Positions 1 through 10,963 of a stretch of DNA of 64,000 nt are shown piece after piece. The DNA is taken from contig JBHGNT010000002.1 of NCBI GenBank assembly GCA_043228905.1, forward strand, positions 6,324,001-6,388,000. Direction: 5' to 3'. Source of the DNA: Azolla caroliniana (taxonomy: Eukaryota; Plantae; Polypodiophyta). Every line of letters starts with the position of its first letter. Positions within the stretch are counted from its first letter, which is position 1. The position numbers and the translations under genes are program-made. The notes under the pieces were generated by a model that searched no databases, was not told the origin of the DNA, and worked only from the letters and a program-made list of their open reading frames with translations.

Positions 1-931
1 CAAGGTTCAGCTCCCTCTCTTCGGTAATGAGCATTATCTCTTCTTCACTTGCCGCGAGTGCCGTCGTTCCTTTCCGGTCCTGCCCTCGCTGATCCGGACC
101 TCTCCAGTCCGTGGCTCCCCGGTATGCACCGTTTCTCTCCGGTGACTTCTTCGAATCGGTGTCGTCGGCTCCGTTGTCCTTTCGGTAATGCCGACAATTC
201 TTCCGGAAGTGCCCCGGCTTCCCACAGTGGAAGCATGTGGGCCTTCCTCTTGACAGCGACCGGGTCCCCGACTTCTCCCGTCTTTGCGGACTCCGGTTCC
301 ATTGTCTTCCCCGATCCGATTCGGTAAGCAGCATCTTCGGATCGGAAACCGGTTCTTTATCTCTCCGACGCGCTTCTTCGTTCAAAATGCTCGTCTTTAC
401 CGTTTGTAGAGACAAGTTATCTTCGGTGCAGGAGGTGCTGAGAGTCACCACCAAGTTCTCCCAGCTTTCCGGCAATGTACACATCAGAATGATGGCTTGC
501 ATTGCATCCTCCAACGGGAACTTGATCGCCGCAAGCTGGTTCACGAGTCCCATGAACGTGCTCACGTGTTTCACCATATTCTCGCCGTCCCGGTACTTGA
601 GATTCACTATCTTCCTCATCAGGGAGGTCCGGTTCAACGCATTCTTCCTCTCGTAGAGGCCCGACAGCTTCTTCCACATCTCATATGCGTTGGTGTCATT
701 CGCCACATGTTGTAGAACGCTTACATCGACATATTGCCGGATCGTCGCTACGGCTTTCCGGTTCAGGAGCTTCCACTCCGACTCTATTACCCCCTTGGGT
801 ATCTCGGCATTGTCGATCGGTTCATACAGGTCTCGGACGATGAGAAGGTCTTCCATCTTTATCTTCCAGTCGGCGTAGTTCTGTGAGTTCAACACCATCA
901 TGCCCGGAGGCCCACTACCGCCGCCTTCCAT
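1..931 (-). CDS. Copia Gag-Pol, N-terminal part (gag, CCHC knuckle); partial
   Basis: ATG at 931-929 (MEGGGSG...); colinear with the first ~310 codons of the intact ORF 52201-56274; continues past position 1. Confidence 0.9.
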   Translation of the reverse strand, partial: MEGGGSGPPGMMVLNSQNYADWKIKMEDLLIVRDLYEPIDNAEIPKGVIESEWKLLNRKAVATIRQYVDVSVLQHVANDTNAYEMWKKLSGLYERKNALNRTSLMRKIVNLKYRDGENMVKHVSTFMGLVNQLAAIKFPLEDAMQAIILMCTLPESWENLVVTLSTSCTEDNLSLQTVKTSILNEEARRRDKEPVSDPKMLLTESDRGRQWNRSPQRREKSGTRSLSRGRPTCFHCGKPGHFRKNCRHYRKDNGADDTDSKKSPERNGAYRGATDWRGPDQRGQDRKGTTALAASEEEIMLITEERELNL

Positions 932-961
932 TTTCTGTGTTACCGTGCTCTGATACCAATT

Positions 962-1553
962 TGTTGCAAAACAGCGCTCGGTCACAAACCGAGGAATAGG
1001 ATCAACTCACAGAAAACGGGAAATACAAAGTGCACGAAGACAATAGAGAGAAGAGTACACAGGGTGTTTTACGTGGAAAACCCTAAATGGGAAAAACCAC
1101 GGGAGTCCTCAAACTCCAACTATCACTATACACAGAGATGTACAATGGTGAAGCTACAAGGCAACAACCTTGAGCTCACTGTCTTCGCCGCAGGCGGCGG
1201 TAATACACAGAGGCGTCGACCTGTTCCTTTCTCTCTCTCTCTCTCTCTCGGCTGCTCTCACTTCGCTCTCTCGGCTGAAAACATAAGGTGAGCAACAACA
1301 TAAAACTGTTTGCCCTAAGTCATATTTATACGCATATGACTTTCGGGCTATTTACAAATATAGCCTCAAGGGCCCTTGGCAGACATATTCACAAATATGT
1401 CCCCGCATCCGGATCTCGCTCCGGGTACCTTCATCATCCGGCTCCGTAGCCGGGGTCTTCATCATCCGGCTCTGTAACCGGGACCGTAACCGTAACCGGG
1501 ATTGCCGTCATTCATCTCCGGACATCCCATCCGGAGGGACCGAAATCCCAACA
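962..1553 (-). repeat. 5' LTR of copia family A
   Basis: TG...CA termini, adjacent PBS, homologous to LTRs 51547-52190 and 56306-56949. Confidence 0.92.
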
Positions 1554-1802
1554 TGGAGTTTGTGGGCTATCTTGTGAGCTGCAACCGCCCCTTCATGCTT
1601 CTCATAGAAATAGAAAAGGCTTGGAGTTAGTTCGGTGTCTATGATAGTCCGCAGGTGGATGTGGCGGAGATGAGGTTCCTCTTCATCCATGGTGCACCAG
1701 AATTCAGTGTTATGCCAATGCTGCTTTTAAATGACCAAGTTTTTTGCATGCAAAACATTGCTCCGGTGCGCCAATCACTTCTATGCGTTGAATGTGTGTA
1801 TT

Positions 1803-2232
1803 TGTTGAGAGACAAGCTCAACATCGGCCGGATCGGTTGAGCAAGCCGAGGACTGGATTGGTTGGGACCAATCGGTTAGGCCGGACCGGTACGCAGACCG
1901 GTGCGTAGGAAGGCCGTATCGGTGCATAAACCGAAAGGCCGTTAGAGAGATATTCCTCGTAAGGAATAGTTTTGGGAGTAAGAGTCGAAGCTCATTTATG
2001 AGCAGTCAAGTACTGTCAATACTTGTGCCAGCCCGATTGTCAAGGCTTGTATAAAAGTGCTCACTGAGCACATCCTATGTACGGATTGAGTATTATTTTT
2101 TGAATTAAGTTAGGTGTTTACTCTCTCTCTCTCTGTCTCTCCTGTGCGTACTATGCAAACCTAAGCTTTCCATTAAACCTACGTTTTCTGTTGTTCAGTT
2201 TTCTATATTGCTTCCACACGCAATTCTTTTCA
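1803..2232 (+). repeat. LTR 1 of copia family B array
   Basis: TGTTGAGA...TTTCA followed directly by the Met PBS; TATAAAA box and (CT)n tract. Confidence 0.92.
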
Positions 2233-2314
2233 TGGTATCAGAGCGCGAGAGTTGAGAACCTCTGCAGCTGAGTTTGCTTGAAGGAAAAACCAACGAAGAA
2301 GAACAAGAAAACCG

Positions 2315-5300
2315 ATGGACAGAGGAATGGCTAGCTCGCTTCCGACGGAGAAGCTCGACAAAAACAACTACGCGTCTTGGTCTTACAAGATGCACCAGTA
2401 CCTGCTCAGACACGGTTACTAGAGCTATGTCGATGGTGCAAATGACACAACACCCAATTCAACACACAATGACTTCCCGGCGTGGAAACAATCGGCGAGC
2501 AGAGTGTTGTACTGCTTTGCGTCTTGTGTGGGTGAATAGCTATTAAGCTACGTCCGGGATGCAAAAACGCCGAAGGGTGCATGGGAAAATCTGAAGAAGA
2601 TTTTCGCCGCGAGCACCACAGCTAGGAAGCATCCGCTCCGACAGGAGTTGAGCAACCTATGGCAACGCGATTTGTCGGTGGCTAAATAAACCTCGAGTAT
2701 TAAGGACATATGCGACTCCTTAGCTTCCATCGATGTGAACATCGAGGAAAGCGAGATGGTCCAGCTCTATCTCGGGGGTTTGGCGTTGAAGTTCGGGGCG
2801 TTCCGAACTGTTGTGTGTACCCGGGAAAATACACCGTCGTTTTTCGACTTACAGTCGATGCTCCTTATAGAGGAGAACCACGCGGGTGCGTCGACAAGCA
2901 CGCATGCCGACAGCAAGATGTTGTACACAGAGGGAGAGAGGCCCCGTGGTCGTGGCGGACGAGGCGAGCCGGTACGCAATGGAGGCGGCCAACGGGATCA
3001 AGGAAGAAGGCACCGAAGTGATGGCGACAGCGACTCCGGACCCTCCGGAAACAGGGGGAGTCGAGGCGATGAGAACCGGCAAGGGAAATCCGTCGTGGAA
3101 TGTTGGTACTGTGGCAAGAAAGGCCACAGGGAGAGTGAGTGCTAGAAAAAGCGCGCCGAGTAGGAGAGGACCGGTTTCGGGTCTGGTTCCAGACATACCG
3201 ACAAAGGAAACCGGCAGCGATCGCACTACGCCGAAGGATCCAAAGAAGCCGAAAAAGGGTCAGTCTTCGTGACGAGACACGAAGCAAACTCAAAAAAGTA
3301 GTCCGCCCCAAAATCGGACGAGGTGTGGTACGTCGACTCCGGCGCGTCAAACCACATGACGTGCCACGAGGAGTGGTTCTCATACCTCTAGAAACAGACG
3401 CAACTAGGAGTAGTCGCAACCGAAGACGACACTCCGCATCCGATCGCGAATGTCGATGAAGTTCCCTTGAGCCATGTCGGGTAGAAAGGGAAACTTATGA
3501 ACGTGCTACACGTCCCAACCATCACGAAGAATCTGGTGTCGGTCGGGCAGATCGTCGACCAGGGGATGCAGGTTCGGTTTACACACCTCAGGTGCTTCAT
3601 TGAGGAAGAAGGCCGTATTATTGCGCAAGGGCGCAGAGATGGGAGGATGTTCATCCTCAACTCTACTGACGGTGGCACTGCAATGTTCGCGAAGGGAAAA
3701 AAAATTGAGTCGGACATCGACTTATGGCACAAGCGGATAGGCCACGTCAACTACCAGCGGCTTCAAGACCTGGAATCAAAACAAGTGGTGTTCGGATTGC
3801 CCAAAATTAGTGGCCGGAAGGCACAAATTTGTGAAGCCTGCCAGCTTGGGAAGCAACACCGACTTCCCTTCCCCAATGAGCGTAACCGGAGCCGGAACAA
3901 GCTCGACTTGATACACTCCGATGTGTGGGGGCCAGCACAAAACGTTAACCTTGGCGGGAGCCGATATTTCGTCTCCTTCATCAACGACTACACGCGGCAC
4001 ACATGGATCTACCTCATCGAGAGGAAGAGCGAAGTCTTCAACTGTTTCCGGGACCTCAAAGGGTTCGTGGAAACGGAAACAGGAAGAAAGATCAAGTGCC
4101 TGCGGTCGGATGGCGGAAAAGAATACTTTTCTGGTCAATTCAACGGTTATCTACAACGGATGGGAATTCGGCGCGAATTCAGTTGTAGATACACGCCGGA
4201 GCAAAACGGCATGCCCGAGAGGAAAAATTGGTCGGTTGTGAAAGCGGCACGGGCAATGCTGGAAGAGAAGAGCTTGCCCAAGTTCTACTGGGCCGAGGTG
4301 GTAAGGACCGCGGTATACATCCAGAATCAGATCGGAGATAAAGTGTCAGTGCACGAGCTATATTTCGGAAGGAAGCCGAATTTGCGACACTTACGAGTTT
4401 TCGGTAGCATTGCATATGTGCATGTGCCAAAGGAGAAAAGGAGGAAGTTGGACGCGAAAGCTGAGAAGTGTATCTTGGTCAGCTATTCAGATGAGCAAAA
4501 GGGTTATAAGTGTTATAACCGCCGTACCAAACAAGCGCGCGTGAGTCGCGACGTTGTGTTTGATGAGTCAGCGTCCTGGTACTTGCCGCCGACTCCGGAC
4601 CTCACCTCCAATCCGGGTTCTGACGATGAGGTCAGCGAGACTGAGATGCCTCCGGATGAGCCTGAAATCGGAACCCGTGAAGAGAGTCCGATTTCGTTTC
4701 GGTTAAGTGGACCGAATGAACGACTGAGTTGGTACGACCAGTCCGATGACGAGCCGGCGAGTAGTGGAGACTCGGTCGTGCATTCCCCACGTAGGAAGCC
4801 GAGGAGATGGCTTACGCGCAAAGAGAAAGGGAAAAGGAAGGTGTCGGATTCCGGCACGGATAGGAACGAGTCATACCGACGCGAGTCTGACCCCGAGGGA
4901 AGTCATGACAGGTCTTCAAGAGCGAAGTCCGCGTCGACCGAGAAGACCTCGACATTGGCTAAAGATTGATTACGTCGATCTACCCGCCAGAAGAACCCAG
5001 TTGTGCGGTTCGAATACAATGAGTACAAGGTGTATCATTATGCATACATGACCCGTGTAGCGGAAGCGGCTAAGGAACGAACTGGCGTGCCGCGATGGAG
5101 GAAGAGATGCACGCATTGGCGGAAAACGAGACCTGGGACCTGGTTGACGTACCAAAGGGTGTGAAGCCAATCGGATGTAGGTGGGTGTACAAGGTCAAGT
5201 ACAACATCGACGGCTCGGTCAACCGATACAAGGCCCGGTTAGTGGCAAAAGGCTACGCCCAGAAACACGGCATCGACTATGATGAGACGTTTGCACCGGT

Positions 5301-7065
5301 CGCGAAGATGACGACCGTCCGTGTTTTGCTCGCGGTAGCTGCGCCAAACGGGTGGCACTTACATCAGATGGATGTAAAGAATGCGTTCCTACAAGGTGAG
5401 CTTGAGGAACATGTGTACATGGTACAGTCCCCTGGATTTCACTCCGGAACGAACACTTCGGCAGTGTGCCGATTGAAGAAGTCCCTTTACGGACTGAAGC
5501 AAGCCCTGCATGCTTGGAACGCGAAGATCACTCAGCAACTGCATCGGATGAGCTTTGCGACGTCGAAATCGGACTCCTCACTGTTCATCCGGAAAGGTCA
5601 ACTCGGGCCGGTTAGTATTCTACTTTATGTTGATGACTTGGTCATCACCGGCGCCGACCTACGTGAAATCAACCACGTGAAACTCCAGCTTGCGGCATCA
5701 TTCGACATGAAGGATCTGGGGGACCTTCATTACTTCCTCGGGATCGAAGTGATCCGCACCCCCGAAGGCATACTGATCAGCCAACGTCATTACGCGCTGA
5801 ATATGCTCTTCAAATTCGGGATGGCAGACTATAAGTCCGTCTCGACTCCTCTGGATAGAACCGTCAAGCTTCGCCCCGAGTCCAACAAGGTATGCAACCC
5901 GACGAGGTTCCGACAGATAGTCGGCAGCCTCATATACTTGACCATCACCCGACCCGATCTCAGTTATCCGGTCGGGGTGATCAGTCAGTTCATGGCGCGA
6001 CCTACCGAGGAGCACCTTCAGTGTGCGCAACGCGTACTACGGTACGTAAGCGGCACGAATGACCGGGGACTGCTATATCGGACCGGTACAACCTCACAGT
6101 TGGTCGGCTACACCAATGCCGATTGGGCTGGCAACGCCGCCGATCGCCGATCCACGTCCGGATACGCGTTCTCTCTTGGGAGTGCCGCGATCGCGTGGAG
6201 TAGTAAGAAGCAGTGGATAGTTGCACTGTCGAGCACCAAAGCTGAGTACCGAGGAGCGGTTGTCGCGACATGCGAAGCCATATGGTTGAAACGGCTACTT
6301 AAGGACCTGCAAGAGGAGGTGTCCAATCCGACGATGATCTACTGCGACAACCTCAGCAACATCCAGCTTGCCAAGAACCTTGTTTTCCACGCCCGGACTA
6401 AGCACATTGAGGTGCACTACCATTTCGTCCGTGAGCGTGTTCTCTCTGGTGAAGTCCAACTTCAGTATGTTCCGACGGATCGGCAGCCCGCCGACATCTT
6501 CACCAAGTCTCTTGGTCTAGACAAGTTGCGGCAATTCTCGGGTGCACTTGGGTTGCGTCACATTCACATGCCGAACTTGAGGGGGAGAGGTGTCCCAAAT
6601 GACCACGGAAGGGGGAGAGAAGACCGCGATGATGAATTTGATTTCGAATCGGCTGAAGAAGCCAAGGGCGGACCCGCGGAAGAGTCCAAAAGCGGACACA
6701 AAGGGAGCAGCTGGAAGAAAGAGCCAAAGCCAACCAAGCATGGGGAAGATGACGCCGTCAAGGGCGAGAAGACCGGAGAAGAGTTGGAGACAACCAACTC
6801 GGACGAGAGAGAAAACCGGTCGGAGGTAGCCGAGTTGGTTCAGAGGTTTGATTCGAATACGCTGAATCAACCAAGGGCCAAGCGGAAGAGAAGGCGGCAT
6901 AAGAGGCGCCAACACCGCAACAACAAGGAACCTAAGAAGGGTCGTGGGAGCAGACAAGCCGACCGGAAGGGTCGAAGCACGTGGAGTCGAACAGGCCGAG
7001 GAGCGCGAGCGAGGCGTGGAGCTAGGGGAACCCAGAGCGTAGATCCGGCGGAGAAGGCGGAACCT
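2315..7065 (+). pseudogene. Degenerate copia gag-pol, copy 1
   Basis: CWYCGKKGHRESEC knuckle, DSGASNHM protease, integrase HSDVWGP/RSDGGKEY, RT LLYVDD, RNase H; several stops and frameshifts; interrupted at 7066. Confidence 0.93.
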
Positions 7066-7282
7066 TGTTGTATGTTTTAGGGTTAGGGTTAAGGACGATG
7101 ATGATTGATGATGAAGATAGACATGGTGTAATGGTGGAGATGATGAATGGTATGATGGTGAGAGATCATGAAGATGCAAGACAAGCATTGAGAAGCATAG
7201 TGGGGTGGGGGGTGGTGCCTAGAATGGCTCCACCCCCCTCCCAAGGGGGTTCAACGATAAGGGGGGAGAGAGAGAAAGATGT

Positions 7283-7327
<45 letters not shown>

Positions 7328-7594
7328 TTTCATTCATGTTTCATTCATTCCCCATAAGGGGTTAAATAGTACAAGAGGGGGTAGATACATAGGGGTGTAA
7401 GCCCCCTCGAGCATTCATATTGGACACTCACTCACACCTCCTCGTATCCATCCACATGCACACATGTGTGCATGTGTTCACATACGTATAGACTCACAAT
7501 TACATTTATGCCCCCTACACATACACAACATCATGATAACATTCGACCCTCGCTCATCACACTTGACTCTCCATACATCTCGTACGGGGTAACA
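7066..7594 (-). repeat. 3' LTR of the non-autonomous element
   Basis: TGTTG...TAACA; direct repeat of 9944-10470. Confidence 0.93.
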
Positions 7595-9943
7595 CAATAT
7601 TGCACGCCCATGGGAAAGTGCCTTGCACGTCAATCCCACATGCCTTGATGATGATATTTCTTCGACCGGAACTTCCATCGGACCTTTCAACGATTGACTC
7701 CCTCAATCGGAATGCTTGACTCGAACATCTTTGTCGGTCAGCAAATCGTCCGCGACACAAACATTCTCGTTCTGTCGGCTTACGAACTTCATCATGGGTC
7801 CAAAAGCACGTTGTGTGTATGTGTGTTCTTCCTTTAATTTTGTGTGAGTTGTCGTTGTTGATCACTTCCATTTCTCTAGGTGGATGAGTTTTTACAATTT
7901 CGTCGGTGCCCTCAAGTTTATGAAATTTTAGGTTGCTACCCTTTGTTTTTGAAATATTATCAAATACCCTCATGTTTTAAAATTATGTTCCATACCCCTA
8001 TCATTCTCTCTTGCCCTTTCTCTATTTTTCTTCCCGTCCTATCTTTTGCTTCAATTTCTTCTTTATCCATTCCTGTCTTCTTGTTTTTATAATGCTCCAA
8101 CTTCGTCTTTATCTCTAGGTTATTGTTGTGGTCCGTTATTACACTCTCTCTTGTGCGTATCCCTCATCTCTCTCTACTTCTTTCAGCTTTCGTTTCCCGC
8201 TTCTCTTCTTCTTTTCTCTGTCTGTTCTTCTTCTTCTTCTATACCCCTCTTCTTTCCTTCTTGTGTTCCATTTTCCACCTCTCTGTTTCTTCTTCTATCT
8301 CTGTTTCTTCCGCTTCGTCCTTGTTCTGTTTTTGCGTTTCGGGGTAGGGAGGAAACGCGACCTTCACTCTCCCTTTGCTTGCACGCCATCTCCTTCTTTG
8401 TGTTGTCGTCGTCGTTTCCGTCCTTCTATATTCATTGTTGTCGCTTCTGTGGCCGTTGCTATTCATCGTCCCGGCGCCTTTCATCTCTGTGTCGGTCATC
8501 ACCATCTCCCTTTCTCGTCGTCGCTAGGCCTATCCGGCCAATCTCCAGTCGACTGCCTGTTTTGGCCGAGATTCGTCGCATGACCGCTCTATTCACTCGT
8601 CAATATTTGGCCATCTATCCGGCCGTTCTTCTGGCCTCCATTCTAGCCGCGGTTCGGCTCTGTCTAGCCGTTGTTGTCTGTCGGCTGTCAGTTGGTTGCC
8701 GTCTCTGTCTTCGGCCCTTCTGGTCATGTCTTTTCGGCCGCCTCTACAACCATTCGATGTTTGCTATTCCTGCCATCGTCCGTCACTTTGTCTGGCGTGT
8801 CCGGCGTGTCCGTCGATTCCAGTCCTCCTCCCGCCGTCTGTCCGGTTGTCGGCTATCTGATGCTTGTCCAACCCGTCCACTCGTCTATACGGTTCGTCCA
8901 GCCAGTTCTGCCATTGTTTGGCATCGTCATTCGTCTGACCGCTTTTACTCGCCCGTTTGTTGTCCGACCATCTTCGTCGCCAATTTTTCGTTGCCGCCGC
9001 TGATTATTTGCCGCCAATCCTGTCGTTATTTAGCTATTGTCCCAGCCATTTGTCTGTTGTCTTCCGGTCGTGCGTTCGGTCTGTCATCCCGGTCGCCTGT
9101 CTGCATCCGGTTATTCCGACCGGTTTCCGGCCCTTCCGACCGCTCTCCAACCGCGCAGACTGTTGCCGGGTTGCTCTTCAGCCGCTGTCTGGCCGTTATT
9201 CGGCCATTCCGACCTCTCTACGGTCACTCCAATTGTTGTCCAGCCACTTAGACACTTTGGCTGCTATCCGGTCACTCCGGCCACTCTTGCCCGTTGTCTG
9301 GCCATTCCGGCGAGTTCTGCCCATTTGGTTGTACTTCTGGTTCCTTGTTCCGGGCCATTTGACTAGTCGTGTCTTTCCGTGTGGGTTTGTATTTCTTTCG
9401 CTTTCTTAATTGCCTTCTCCATCTTTGTTCAAACAATTCCCTTTGGTCCAGTCGGTTGCTTTCTGGCCATGTGTGTCCGGTCATATGTGGATAGAAATGC
9501 ACTCTCGCATCTTTGGAAGATACAGCATGTGGTGGTTGGGTCTCGCATAGATCATAGGCTTTATTTCTCCCTTGCTTTTTTCTTCTTTCTATGCGATCAG
9601 ATCCAAGCCAAAAAGACCAATCACATGTCAAACAAAATACACTTGTATAGACATTAATTTGTATCAGAATCATGGCACGGATAATCAATCTGTCATTTCT
9701 TGCTTCTCATGCACATCATGGTCGCCATTTTTTGCATATTGTTGTCGATTCCATTTCTTGCAGATCATTACCACGTAACATTCTTCATCTTCCTTGCGCA
9801 CAACATCACCCTGTTGCATTCCTCGATGGCTTTCAATCACCATCACCATTTCTTGCATATTTTGTCATTATTGACTTGCATCGCCACGTATCATTCTTCG
9901 ACTCCGTCTCCAAAGGGGGGTCGCCATGGTGGTCGCCAAAAGG

Positions 9944-10160
9944 TGTTGTACGTTTTAGGGTTAGGGTTAAGGACGATGATGATTGATGATGAAGATAGAC
10001 ATGGTGTAATGGTGGAGATGATGAATGGTATGATGGTGAGAGATCATGAAGATGCAAGACAAGCATTGAGAAGCATTGTGGGGTGGGGGGTGGTGCCTAG
10101 AATGGCTCCACCCCCCTCCCAAGGGGGTTCAATGATAAGGGGGGAGAGAGAGAAAGATGT

Positions 10161-10203
<43 letters not shown>

Positions 10204-10470
10204 GTTCATTCATGTTTCATTCATTCCCCATAAGGGGTTAAATAGTACAAGAGGGGGTAGATACATAGGGGTGTAAGCCCCCTCGAGCATTCATATTGGA
10301 CACTCACTCACACCTCCTCGTATCCATCCACATGCACACACGTGTGCATGTGTTCACATACGTATAGACTCACAATTACATTTATGCCCCCTACACATAC
10401 ACAACATCATGATAACATTCGACCCTCGCTCATCACACTTGACTCTCTGTACATCTCGTATGGGGTAACA
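9944..10470 (-). repeat. 5' LTR of the non-autonomous element
   Basis: Direct repeat of 7066-7594; adjacent PBS. Confidence 0.93.
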
Positions 10471-10496
10471 AACCTCAAGTTGAGCTTGAGGGGGAG

Positions 10497-10879
10497 TGTT
10501 GAGAGACAAACTCAACATCGACCGGATCGGCTGAGCAAGCCGAGGACTGGATTGGTTGGGACCGATCAGTTAGGCCGGACCGGTACGCAGACCGATGTGT
10601 AGGAAGGCCGAATCGGTGCGTAAACCGAAAGGCCGTTAGAGAGATATTCCTCGTAAGGAATAGTTTTGGGAGTAAGAGTCAAAGCTCATTTATGAGCAGT
10701 CAAGTACTGTCAGTACTTGTGCCAGCCCGATTGTCAAGGCTTGTATAAAAGTGCTCACTAAGCACATCCTATGTACAGATTGAGTATTATTTTTTGAATT
10801 AAGTTAGGTTTTTACTCTCTCTCTCTCTCTCTCTCTCCTGTGCGTACTGTGCAAACCTACGCACGCTATTCTTTTTACA
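10497..10879 (+). repeat. Shared middle LTR of copia family B array
   Basis: Preceded by PPT and followed by PBS; near-identical to 1803-2232 apart from a short deletion near its 3' end. Confidence 0.92.
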
Positions 10880-10963
10880 TGGTATCAGAGCACGACGGTT
10901 GAGAACCTCTACAGCCGACATAGCTTGAAAGGAAAAACCAACCAAGAAGAACAGGTAAAACCG

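Larger units (their letters stand above)
1..1553 (-). mobile_element. Ty1/copia LTR retrotransposon (family A, Tnt1/Tork-like), 5' part, runs off the window
   Basis: 5' LTR 962-1553 (TGTTG...CAACA); PBS TGGTATCAGAGC (tRNA-iMet) on the minus strand at 947-958; gag closely matches the element at 51547-56949. Confidence 0.95.
7066..10470 (-). mobile_element. Non-autonomous LTR retrotransposon, 3.4 kb, no recognisable coding region
   Basis: LTRs 7066-7594 and 9944-10470 with only a handful of differences; perfect TSD AACCT (7061-7065, 10471-10475); minus-strand PBS TGGCGACCAC (tRNA-Arg UCG type) at 9929-9938; TATA-like box then (CT)n on the minus strand sets the orientation. Confidence 0.93.

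Noticed and set aside
7075-7093. Telomere-like TTTAGGGTTAGGG
   Set aside because: Only two units, part of the LTR and present in both copies
8046-9251. 401-aa ORF and overlapping ORFs inside the non-autonomous element
   Set aside because: Low-complexity, pyrimidine-rich strand poor in stop codons; open in several frames with no domain motifs
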